From assembly GCA_963736115.1 (NCBI GenBank), contig CAVTNR010000012.1, positions 128,001 to 192,000 on the forward strand: a DNA stretch of 64,000 bases. Reading direction: 5' to 3'. This DNA comes from an uncultured bacterium (GTDB lineage Bacteria; Zhuqueibacterota; QNDG01; DTFT01). The first letter of the stretch is position 1, and each line of letters begins with the position of its first letter. The notes beneath the pieces were generated by a model. The model made no database searches and had not been told where the DNA came from. It saw only the letters and a list, made by a program, of their open reading frames with translations. The translations under genes were made by a program, and so were the position numbers. Shown here one piece after another: positions 9,077 through 18,836 of this stretch.

Positions 9077-10776
9077 GACGCATCCTCATGCTCGCGGCCT
9101 TGGCAATCGCACTTGCGATCGGCCTTCACGCGGACGAGCCCCAGGGATTCTTCATGGACGGCTTCGTCCAGCGGCACGCCGCGGTTCCGGCGCACATCCC
9201 GGAAAAACCGCCCCGGGGAAAACCCGATGTCACGGTCACGCTGCATGCCGGCGACGTCCGGGGCCGCGTCTCCCCACTGCTGCGGGGGGACAATGCCAAT
9301 GTCTACATGGGACAGATCGTCTCAGAGCCGGTTCTGCTCGGCCATCTGAAAACGCTCGCGCCCGCCGTGCTCCGGTATCCGGGCGGCAACCTGTCCAACC
9401 AGTTCTTCTGGAACGCGGCGCCGGGCGACACCCCGCGGGACGCGCCCGACTCCCTGATCTTTCAGGGCGCCCGCAAGCCGGCCGGATACTGGTCCGGCCG
9501 GAGCGAAGACACGCTCCATCTGTCCGTGGACAATTATTACCGGGTGCTGGCGGCGACAGGCGCCGCGGGCCTGATCTGCGTCAATTACGGGTATGCCCGG
9601 TATGAAACCGGCCCTGATCCCGTGCCCGCGGCCGCCGGACTTGCCGCGGACTGGGTGCGGACCGACAACGGCCGCACCCGTTACTGGGAGATCGGCAACG
9701 AGAACTTCGGGCCCTGGCAGGCGGGGTTCGAGATCGACTCCGCATCCTGCGGAGACGGCCGGCCGCGCATCATCTCCGGAGCCGAGTACGGCCGGCATTT
9801 CCTCGTGTTCGCCGATTCGATGCGGGCCGCGGCCCGGAGCGTCGGAACGGACATCCGGATCGGCGCGGTCATGGTCGAAGTCGACAAGGGCCCGGACTGG
9901 TACAATCCCGTGGAGGCGGACTGGAACCGTCAGGTGCTCGAAGCCGCGGGCGGGGCCATGGACTTCTTCTCCATCCACAGCTACTTCACCCCGTACAATG
10001 AGAATTCAAGCCCGGAGGTCATTCTCGCATCCGCCGGCACGGAGCTGGACCGCATGATGCGGCACATGGAGAATCTATGCGCCGCCCATGGCATTCCCGT
10101 GAAACCGGCCGCCCTGACCGAATGGAACATCTTCGCGACCGGCTCGGGCCAGCAGACTTCTTTCATCAATGCGCTGCACGCGAGTCTGGTGCTCGGCCAC
10201 CTGGCGGATCAGCGGTTCGGCCTGTCGGCCCGCTGGGATCTCGTGAACCGGTGGGACAACGGCAATGACCACGGGCTTTTCAATTACGGGGATGAACCCG
10301 GAGCGGCCAGATGGAACCCGCGTCCCGCGTATTTCCCGATCTATTATTTCGGAAAATATTTCGGAGACCGCATGATCCGATCCACGGTCTCACGGCCGGA
10401 AACGCCGCTTTGGGACGCCTCCGCTTCATCGCCGCATCCGGCCGGAGACGTTCAGGCTTTCGCCTCGCTGTTCAGTTCCGGCGAGGCCGGGCTGATGCTG
10501 GTGAACACAGGCGTCCGGGACAGGACGGTTCGGATAGAAGCGGACGGTTTCCGTGCCTCGGGCCGGTACTACCGGGTTTCTCTGACCGGCGGAGACGACA
10601 CCGCGCCCTTTTCGCGCATGATTTTCGTGAACGGCCGCGGACCGGAAGGCCCGTCCGGGGGCCCGATCGGGGAACTGAAGCGCATTCCCGCCTGGTCGCG
10701 GAAAATACGGGGACCTTTCGCGGTTCCTTTGCAGGCCCGGTCCGTTCAATTCATCCTGATCGAAGGGAAACGCTGA
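9073..10776 (+). CDS. Clan GH-A glycoside hydrolase (alpha-L-arabinofuranosidase-like, GH51/GH44/GH79-related)
   Basis: Signal peptide; LRYPGGN, WEIGNENFG (acid/base), LTEWN (nucleophile); ATGA overlap with GH10 gene. Confidence 0.8.
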   Translation: MRRILMLAALAIALAIGLHADEPQGFFMDGFVQRHAAVPAHIPEKPPRGKPDVTVTLHAGDVRGRVSPLLRGDNANVYMGQIVSEPVLLGHLKTLAPAVLRYPGGNLSNQFFWNAAPGDTPRDAPDSLIFQGARKPAGYWSGRSEDTLHLSVDNYYRVLAATGAAGLICVNYGYARYETGPDPVPAAAGLAADWVRTDNGRTRYWEIGNENFGPWQAGFEIDSASCGDGRPRIISGAEYGRHFLVFADSMRAAARSVGTDIRIGAVMVEVDKGPDWYNPVEADWNRQVLEAAGGAMDFFSIHSYFTPYNENSSPEVILASAGTELDRMMRHMENLCAAHGIPVKPAALTEWNIFATGSGQQTSFINALHASLVLGHLADQRFGLSARWDLVNRWDNGNDHGLFNYGDEPGAARWNPRPAYFPIYYFGKYFGDRMIRSTVSRPETPLWDASASSPHPAGDVQAFASLFSSGEAGLMLVNTGVRDRTVRIEADGFRASGRYYRVSLTGGDDTAPFSRMIFVNGRGPEGPSGGPIGELKRIPAWSRKIRGPFAVPLQARSVQFILIEGKR

Positions 10777-10812
10777 AAACCTCCCTTTCCCGCGCAGACT
10801 GACGGAGGATCC

Positions 10813-10959
10813 ATGACGCTTCTGCTTCCCCTCTTCCTCGCATGGCTCAATCCGATCTCCGGCACGGCCGTCGATCCCGCGGCCGTGGTTGCCGTGCGGG
10901 TGGACGTCCGCCTCCGGAACGAGCATTCGTCCGGGATCCTGGAATGGGCGGTGGAATGA
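10813..10959 (+). CDS. Small 48-aa protein with signal-peptide-like N-terminus
   Basis: SD GGAGGA directly upstream; MTLLLPLFLAWLNPISGTAVDPAAVVAVRVDVRLRNEHSSGILEWAVE; stop overlaps next start (ATGA). Confidence 0.55.
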   Translation: MTLLLPLFLAWLNPISGTAVDPAAVVAVRVDVRLRNEHSSGILEWAVE

Positions 10960-13900
10960 GACGGGCTTCCCGCCGGCCGGGGGCGCGTCCGGCCGCCGCC
11001 GTTCTGGCGGCGCTCCTTTTCGTCTCGGAACTGGCGGGCCAGCCGAAACGCCTCCAGTTCCGGCAGCTGACCCCGGATGAGGGGCTCTCGTCATCGACGG
11101 TGACCTGCATTCTGCAGGACTCTCGCGGCTTCATGTGGATCGGCACGTACAACGGCCTGAACCGCTATGACGGATCGCGCTTCACCGTGTTCCGCTACAA
11201 TTCCCTCGATTCCACGTCCGTTCCGCACAACCTGATCTGGCAGATATTCGAGGACCGCGCCGGAACTCTGTGGATCGCCACCGCGGCCGGCCTGTCGCGT
11301 TTCGACTGGGAACGGGACCGTTTCGTCCGCATGAAGACCAGCGCGTCCATCGCGGCGCCCGGCTTGAGCTACGGTGTGCAGAGCGTGGCGGAGGATTCGT
11401 CGGGTGAACTCTGGCTCGGCACGACCGTCGGTGTGGTGAAGTTCGATCCGTCGGACGGACGGACCACCGTCTATCGGCATGATCCCGGAAATCCCGGGAG
11501 CCTCAGCCAGGATTACGTCGAATGCGTCGCCGTTGACAGCCGGAACCGCTTGTGGGTCAGCACGCGGAACGGCCTGAACCGCTTTTCCCCCGAAACCGGA
11601 ACGTTCCGCCGGTTCATGACCGACCCCCGCGTACCCGGGGAGCCTTCGACCCGCGCCTACTTCCAGGACATCGTGGAGGACCGGACCGGCACGCTCTGGA
11701 TCGGCTCGCTCGGCATGGGACTTTTCTCGATGCCGATGGACGCGCCGTCCGAGAAGACGATGGTCAATTACCGGCGCCATCCCGGGGATCCCCGGAGCCT
11801 TTCCGGCGACCGCGTGCTCTGCCTGTACGTCGATTCGCGGGACCAGCTCTGGGTCGGCACGGAAAACGCGGGCCTCAACCTCTGGGACCGGACCCGTCGC
11901 TCGTTCTGGCGTTACGAGCCCGACCTGTACAATCCCTCGAGCCTGAGCAACAATTCCATCCACGCGGTGTTCCAGGACCGCACGGGCAATTTCTGGATCG
12001 GCACTTTCGCGGGCGGAGTCAATGTCTCGAAATTCAACGGCGACGCCATTGTCCATTACCAGTCCATCCCCGGCGTGACCGGCAGCCTGAGCAACAACGT
12101 GGTGACGTCTTTCGCCGAGGACCCGCTCGGCCGGATCTGGATCGGCACGGACGGCGGCGGATTGAACCGTTTCGACTCCGAACGGGAGCGGTTCCGGAGC
12201 TGGCGGACGGGCAACAGCAATCTTAAAAGCGACGCCGTCATCTCGGTGTGCGTCGACTCCAGGCGGCGGCTTTGGGCGGGCACCTGGGGCGCCGGCCTGA
12301 ACCGTTTCGACCCGGAACGGGGCGTGTTCACCGCCTTCACCACGGCCAACAGCGGTATTCCCGAGAACAACATCCTGGTCGTGAAGGAAGGCCGAGACGG
12401 CCGGCTCTGGCTCGGCAGTTTCCAGAGCGGCCTCATCCGGTTCGATCCCGCCAACGGGAGCTTCACTTCATTCTCGACGCGGAACAGCGGGCTCAGCAAT
12501 GAGATGATCTCCGACATCGAGACAGGTCCGGGCGACGTTCTGTTCGTCGGCACGTACTTCGGATTCAACGTGTTCGATATTTCGACCGGTCAGTGCACCG
12601 TGTATCACCACGAACCGGGGAACCCCGCAAGCCTCAGCGACGACACCGTCATGGACCTGATGGCCGTCGGCGACACAACCGTGTGGGTGGGGACAATGGA
12701 CGGCCTGAACCGTTTCAATCTGCGGACCCGTACCTTCACGCGCTTCTCACACGGGGACGGTCTGCCGGACAACGTCATCAAGGGCATCGTGCAGGATCCC
12801 GCAGGAAAGGACCTCTGGGTCACCACCGAAAAAGGCGTCTGCCGGTTCAATCCCCTCCAGCGCCGCGGCCGTACATTCACGCGGGAGGACGGCCTCGAGA
12901 GCAATGAAAGCGCCCAGCGGAGCGTGCTGGCGACCCGCGACGGCCGCATCCTCTGCGGAGGCGCCAAGGGGTTCAACGTCGTCTACCCGGATCGGATCGG
13001 CGAGAACCGGATTCTGCCCCGTCTGATCTTCACCAATTTTCTGATGGCCAACCGGCCGGTGCCGGTCGGCGTGAAGGATTCCCCCCTGCCGGCCCACATC
13101 TCCGGCCTCCGGGAGATCACCCTCCCCTACCGGACGCCGGGCTTCACCATCACGTTCGCGGTCATGGATTTCACGATTCCGGAGAAGAACCAGTACGCCT
13201 ACCGGATGGACGGATTCGACCGCGGCTGGATCGAGGCGGGAACCCAGTCCGCCGCCACCTATGCCGGCCTCGGGCCCGGCCGCTATGTCTTCCGCGTAAA
13301 AGGGGCGAACAACGACGGGCTGTGGAACGAGAACGGCGCCTCCCTGCGCATCCGCATCAGGCCGCCCTGGTGGAGGACAGGCTGGTTTCTCGGCGCCGCG
13401 TTCGTCGGCCTGTCCGCGCTCCTGTTCGCCGGCATCCGCCTGCGGCTCCGCGGCGAACGCCGCCGGAACGCCGAGCTCGAGAAGCGCATCCGCGAGCGCA
13501 CCGCGGCGCTCGAGCGCTCGAATCGGGACCTCGAAGCCTTCAGTTATTCCGTTTCGCATGACCTGCGGGCCCCCCTGCGCAGTCTGAACGGATTCAGCAA
13601 GTCCCTGATCGACGACTGGGGGGACCGTCTGGACGAGACGGGACGCGATTACCTGAACCGGATCCGCAAAGCCAGCGAGCGCATGGGGCTCCTGATCGAC
13701 GAACTGCTGAAACTGTCTCGTCTCACGCGCAAAGGCACGGCGTTCCGCGAGGTGGAGCTCGGCCTTCTGGCCCGGTCCGTCATGGACGAGATCGCCCGTC
13801 TTCATCCGGAACACCGGCCGGACCTCGTCTGCGCGGACGGCTGCAGGGTACAGGGGGATAAACCGCTTCTCGCCGTCCTGCTCCGGAACCTGATCGACAA

Positions 13901-14213
13901 TGCGTGGAAATTCAGCTCCCGCCGGACCGATGCGCGCATCGAATTCGGCCGCGTCGAAAACGGCGGCGGGCCGGTGTATTTCGTCCGCGACAACGGTGTC
14001 GGCTTTGACATGGCCTATTCGAAAAACCTGTTCGACACTTTCGAGCGCCAGCATCCGGATTTCGACGGCACGGGCATCGGCCTGGCCATGGTCAAGCGCA
14101 TCGTGGACCGGCACGGCGGGAGCGTCTGGGCCGAAGGACAGGTCGGCGTGGGCGCAACCTTCTATTTCACGATCGGCCGCAGGTCGGCGCCCGGCGGAAC
14201 GGCCGCCGGATGA
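10956..14213 (+). CDS. Sensor histidine kinase: periplasmic Reg_prop beta-propellers + Y_Y_Y + TM + HisKA + HATPase
   Basis: Repeated D..G.LWIGT..GL.RFD blades; YAYRMDG...ATY..L.PG.Y.FRVKG.N; PPWW + TM; SVSHDLRAPLR; NLIDNAWKF; DNGVGF; GTGIGL. Confidence 0.93.
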   Translation: MRRASRRPGARPAAAVLAALLFVSELAGQPKRLQFRQLTPDEGLSSSTVTCILQDSRGFMWIGTYNGLNRYDGSRFTVFRYNSLDSTSVPHNLIWQIFEDRAGTLWIATAAGLSRFDWERDRFVRMKTSASIAAPGLSYGVQSVAEDSSGELWLGTTVGVVKFDPSDGRTTVYRHDPGNPGSLSQDYVECVAVDSRNRLWVSTRNGLNRFSPETGTFRRFMTDPRVPGEPSTRAYFQDIVEDRTGTLWIGSLGMGLFSMPMDAPSEKTMVNYRRHPGDPRSLSGDRVLCLYVDSRDQLWVGTENAGLNLWDRTRRSFWRYEPDLYNPSSLSNNSIHAVFQDRTGNFWIGTFAGGVNVSKFNGDAIVHYQSIPGVTGSLSNNVVTSFAEDPLGRIWIGTDGGGLNRFDSERERFRSWRTGNSNLKSDAVISVCVDSRRRLWAGTWGAGLNRFDPERGVFTAFTTANSGIPENNILVVKEGRDGRLWLGSFQSGLIRFDPANGSFTSFSTRNSGLSNEMISDIETGPGDVLFVGTYFGFNVFDISTGQCTVYHHEPGNPASLSDDTVMDLMAVGDTTVWVGTMDGLNRFNLRTRTFTRFSHGDGLPDNVIKGIVQDPAGKDLWVTTEKGVCRFNPLQRRGRTFTREDGLESNESAQRSVLATRDGRILCGGAKGFNVVYPDRIGENRILPRLIFTNFLMANRPVPVGVKDSPLPAHISGLREITLPYRTPGFTITFAVMDFTIPEKNQYAYRMDGFDRGWIEAGTQSAATYAGLGPGRYVFRVKGANNDGLWNENGASLRIRIRPPWWRTGWFLGAAFVGLSALLFAGIRLRLRGERRRNAELEKRIRERTAALERSNRDLEAFSYSVSHDLRAPLRSLNGFSKSLIDDWGDRLDETGRDYLNRIRKASERMGLLIDELLKLSRLTRKGTAFREVELGLLARSVMDEIARLHPEHRPDLVCADGCRVQGDKPLLAVLLRNLIDNAWKFSSRRTDARIEFGRVENGGGPVYFVRDNGVGFDMAYSKNLFDTFERQHPDFDGTGIGLAMVKRIVDRHGGSVWAEGQVGVGATFYFTIGRRSAPGGTAAG

Positions 14214-17200
14214 ACATCCGGAGGACCCGAATACGCCTGACCGCGCTGTACGTCCTGCTGGCCGTGTCCGGCCTGGCTGATCCCGTCCGCACCGGTTTCA
14301 GGCACCTCACGGTTCAGGACGGCCTCTCCCAGAGCTGGGTCCGCGCGATTCTCCAGGACCGGACGGGATTCCTGTGGTTCGGCACCGGCGAAGGCCTGAA
14401 TCGCTATGACGGGGCGGCTTTCACGGCCTATTACCGGCAGTCCCGCGACCCCCACAGCCTCGGCTCCAGCGCCATCCAGTCGATTTTCGAGGACAGCCGG
14501 GGGATTGTGTGGATCGGGACCGAAGACGGGCTGAACCGCTATGACCGGGCGCTTGATCGTTTCGACCGTTCCGGCCGCTGGCCCGGGGGCTTCATCTCCG
14601 GAATCGCCGGGGACCGTGACGGACGGCTCATCGTCGCGTCCCGGGATCTCGGCCTCTTCCTGTTCGATCCGGAAACGGATTCCGTCCGCTCCTGGATCCG
14701 CGGCATCCGCGAAGCGGAGCTCTACTCGGACCGGATCATCCATACGATTTTAATGGACCGCGCGGGAATCCTGTGGGTCGGAACGAATCAGGGACTGGAC
14801 CGGCTGGACGCGGGAGGCCGGGACGTGATCCGGTTCGGAAAGGGGCGGCCGCGGAGAACGGCCTGAGCGACGACGACATCCGGTCGCTCCTGCAGGACAA
14901 ATCGGGCCGGATCTGGGTCGGAACCGAAAACGGCGGATTGAACCTCCTGACCGGGGAACCCGGCCGTCCCCGGAATACCAAAGTGACCCGATTCGTACAC
15001 CATCCCGGCCGTCCCTCCGGCATCGGTCCGGGTTCCGTGCTGGCCTTACTCGAGGACCGGTCCGGTACACTGTGGATCGGGCTGGAAAACGGCGGTCTGG
15101 ACCGGGTCTCGCTAGAAAGCATGCCGGATCCGGACGCGGTTTTCCGCCATTTCCGTTCGATCCCCACGGATCCCTCCGGCCTTTCCAGCAATTCCATTCA
15201 TTCGTTGCACCAGGACCACGAAGGCGGCGTCTGGGCTGGCACTTTCGGGAACGGGATCAATTATACCCATCCCCTGATGAAGAAATTCAGCCATATGCGG
15301 CAGATCCCCGGCTCGGAGTACAGCCTGAACAGCAATCTCGTCAACGCCCTGCTGGAAGAGGGCCCGGTTCTCTGGATCGGCACCGAGGGCGGCCTGACGC
15401 GGCACGACCGCATCCGGGGGACTTTCCGCCACTTCATTCACGATCCGGCGGACGAAAACAGCATCGGTTCCGACGCGGTGTGGAAGATATTCAGGGACAG
15501 CCGGGGCGATCTCTGGATCGGCACCTGGGGCGGCGGACTGAACCGGTTCGAACGCGGGAGCGGCTCCTTCACCCGGTACAAACACGACGCCCGCGACGCG
15601 GGCAGCATCTCGGGCGACCGGATTTTCGGTATCGCCGAAGGCAGGGACGGCGCGCTCTGGGTGGGCACCATGGGCGAAGGCCTGAACCGAATGGATCCCC
15701 GAAGCCGGACCTTCACGCATTACCGGCAGAACAGCCGGAATCCGGCCGGGCTGGCCAATGATTATGTCAGCACCCTCCTCGCCGACAGCGGCGGCCGGAT
15801 CTGGATCGCGACCACGGTCACGGTGGACGTGCTGGACCCGGCCACGGGTGTGTTCCGGCATTACCGTCACGACGATGCCCGGCCCCGGAGCCTCAGCGCG
15901 AACTATGCCACTGTGTTTTTTGAGGACAGCCGGAAAAACCTGTGGATCGGCACGCACGAAGGCCTCAACGTCTACAATCCAGCCACGGACGATTTCGACT
16001 GCTACGACACGGACAGCGGACTGCCCAACAACCAGGTGAAAGGCATTCTCGAGGACTCGGCCGGAAACCTCTGGATCGCCACAAACCGGGGCATCACCCG
16101 ATTCGCGGGCGGAACCAAGCGGCCGGACAAGCCGGTCTTCGTTCATTACGACGCGGGTGACGGCCTCCAGGGGAATGAATTCATCAAACGCTCTTGCTGG
16201 CGCAGTCCGGACGGCCGCATGTATTTCGGCGGCAACAACGGTTACAATTACTTCAATCCCGACAGCCTGAAGGAGAATCCCTTCATACCGCCGGTGGTCC
16301 TGACCGGCTTCTCCCTTTTCAACCGGCCCGTACGGCCCGGAATCGGTGATTCGCCGATACAAAGCGCAATCGGCATGACGGACGGGATCGTCCTCGGCCA
16401 TCGGCAGTCGGTCATGGCCTTCGAGTTCGCCAGCCTGAGCTACCTGATGCCTCAAAAAAACAGGTTCGCGTACCGGATGGAAGGATTCGATCCGGACTGG
16501 ATCGAGGCGGGGGCCGAGAGGTCGGCCACTTACACGAATCTCCACCCCGGCCGGTACACGTTCCGGGTCCGGGGCTCGAACAACGACGGCCTGTGGAACG
16601 AACAGGGCGCGTCGGTCCCGATCCGAATCCGGCCGCCTTTCTGGGGCGCCGGGTGGTTCCAGCTGGCGGTCCTGGCCGGCCTCGGAGCCCTGCTGTTCAC
16701 GACACTGCGGATGCGGACGAACCGGATCCGGAATCGGAACCGCGAACTTGAAAAGGGCATACGCGAGCGCACCGCGGAGTTGGAGGCGTCGAACCGGGAA
16801 ATCCAGGCCTTCAGCCACTCGGTTTCGCACGACCTGCGCGCCCCCCTGCGCAGCCTCAACGGTTTCAGCCAGGCCCTGCTCGACGACTACGGAACCCGGC
16901 TCGACGAAACCGGCCGAGATTACCTGAACCGGATCCGAAAGGCCAGCGAGAGCATGGGCCGTCTGATCGACGATCTGCTGAGGCTCTCGCGCCTCACGCG
17001 CGAGGGCATGAAAATCCGGGAGGTGAACCTCAGCCGCATCGCCGAGGCCGTCATCGCCGAAACCCGCAGGACCGAACCCGGACGGCGGATCGACTTCCGG
17101 TGCGAGGCCGACGCCGCGGTTCAGGGAGACGAGCCGCTCCTGACCATTCTGATGCGGAACCTCATCGACAATGCTTTGAAATTCAGCTCCCGGAAGCCGG

Positions 17201-17481
17201 AATCCCGCATCACATTCGGATGCCTGCGGGAAAACGGGACGCCCGTCTTTTTCCTGAAAGACAACGGCGTGGGATTCGACATGGCCTACGCGGAGAACCT
17301 GTTCGGCGTGTTCCAGCGCCAACACCCCGATTACGAGGGCGCGGGTATCGGCCTGGCCACGGTCCAGCGCATCGTGGACCGTCACGGCGGAAGCGTCTGG
17401 GCCGAGGGGAAGGTGGACGATGGAGCGGTTTTCTACTTCACCATCGGGCGGAAGCGTCCGCCCGAACCGAGGGGAGCCTGA
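14210..17481 (+). CDS. Second beta-propeller sensor histidine kinase, split by one frameshift at about 14842-14845 (G run)
   Basis: ORFs 14210-14866 and 14773-17481 join by adding one G (FGKG|AAAENGLSDD); same architecture and HK motifs as upstream paralogue. Confidence 0.88.
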
Positions 17482-17483
17482 GC

Positions 17484-17936
17484 ATGGACGAGAACAAAAC
17501 CATCCTGCTGGTCGAGGATAATCCGGACGACGCGGAACTGACGCTCATGACGCTTCGGAAAAACCGGATCGCCAACGAGGTGGTGGTGGTCCGGGAGGGC
17601 CCGGAGGCGCTGGAATACCTGTTCGGCACTGGCCGTTACGCGGACCGGGACACCACGGTCATGCCCGTGGTCGTCATGCTGGACCTCAAGCTGCCGAAAC
17701 TCGGCGGCCTGGAGGTGCTGAACCGCATCCGGAACAATGAGAAAACGAAGTATCTGCCGGTCGTCATCCTGACATCCTCGGACGAGGAGCAGGACCTGAT
17801 CAGCAGTTATGCGCTGGGCGCCAACAGCTATGTCCGGAAACCGGTGGATTTCATCCAGTTCCAGCAGGCCGTCCGGCAATTGACACTGTACTGGGTTCTG
17901 CTGAACCACACCGCGCCGGAGAAAGGGAAGAAATAG
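17484..17936 (+). CDS. Single-domain response regulator (Rcp1-like REC)
   Basis: ILLVEDNPDDAEL, MLDLKLPK.GGLEVL, VVILTSS.EE.D, GANSYVRKPVDF. Confidence 0.93.
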   Translation: MDENKTILLVEDNPDDAELTLMTLRKNRIANEVVVVREGPEALEYLFGTGRYADRDTTVMPVVVMLDLKLPKLGGLEVLNRIRNNEKTKYLPVVILTSSDEEQDLISSYALGANSYVRKPVDFIQFQQAVRQLTLYWVLLNHTAPEKGKK

Positions 17937-17964
17937 GACGGACGGATTCCGACCCCGGTGTAAC

Positions 17965-17996
17965 AGACCTGAAAGGTCTTCCAGACCTTTCAGGTC
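17965..17996. repeat. REP-like palindrome AGACCTGAAAGGTCTTCCAGACCTTTCAGGTC
   Basis: Long inverted repeat; near-identical copy at 20843-20877. Confidence 0.8.
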
Positions 17997-18023
17997 CGGC
18001 GCACGTCTTTTATGCGGCATGAG

Positions 18024-18043
18024 ATTCGACCCCGGGGTCGGAT
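18024..18043. repeat. Short palindromic repeat TTCGACCCC(C)GGGGTCG
   Basis: Related copies at about 17947, 23354 and 63665, all intergenic. Confidence 0.6.
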
Positions 18044-18160
18044 TTTCGCATGACATCCTTTTACTTGCGCCGGATCCAAAGGTCCGGTATATTAAATGAC
18101 CCCGCCTCCCGCGTCCCAATGGACACGAGGGGCTGTTCCAACCCTGATCCGGAGGAGTCA

Positions 18161-18825
18161 ATGAAACCAAACACATTCGCCGCCGTCACCTGCGCCGTTC
18201 TGGTATTGGGGACGGCCGCTCCGTCGCGTTCCCAGACCGTCATTCCGCTTCCCGCTCCACGCGTGGAGGGCGGCCGGCCGCTGATGCAGGTCCTGAAGGA
18301 CAGGCGCTCAACACGCGCGTTCAAACCGGACACGCTTTCCCTGCCGATTCTATCCGACCTGCTGTGGGCCGCATTCGGTATCAACCGTCCGGAACGGGGT
18401 CTTCGCACCGCGCCTTCAGCCGTCAACTGGCAGGAAATCGACATGTACGCGGCCCTGCCTTCCGGTCTCTACCGTTACAACGCAGAGACGCATACACTCG
18501 TGCAATCCCTGGCAGAAGACATCCGATCCGCGACCGGGCTCCAGCCTTTTGTCGGAACCGCTCCGCTCAATCTCATTCTGGTTGCCGATTATTCGCGCAT
18601 GGCCCGGGGTTCGGCCGAAAACAAGGATCAATGGGCCTGGGCCGACGCGGCTTTCATCTCTGAAAACGTCTACCTGTACTGCGCGTCCGAAGGGCTGGGA
18701 ACCGTAGTGCGGGCCATGGTGGACAGGCCATCCCTCTCTGAAAAATGGGCCTCCGGCCGGATCAGAAAATCATACTCGCCCAGACCGTGGGTTTCCCGGC
18801 GGAACAGCCGCCGGCCGGCCGATGA
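18161..18825 (+). CDS. Nitroreductase (SagB/ThcOx-like) family protein, frameshift in A run at 18741-18745
   Basis: SD GGAGG; RRSTRAF, LSDLLWAAFGINR, RTAPSA.N.QEID, ENVYLYCASEGL; one added A restores C-terminus EKMGLRPDQKIILAQTVGFP. Confidence 0.85.
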
Positions 18826-18836
18826 GGAGGACGCAA

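Noticed and set aside
14835-14850. Programmed frameshifting or phase variation at the broken genes
   Set aside because: Runs are only 4-5 nt, several indels are outside homopolymers, and unrelated genes are affected; sequencing error is simpler
18161-18825. SagB-like oxidase as a sign of a RiPP/TOMM cluster
   Set aside because: No YcaO, precursor peptide or dedicated transporter nearby; stand-alone nitroreductase with a signal-like N-terminus
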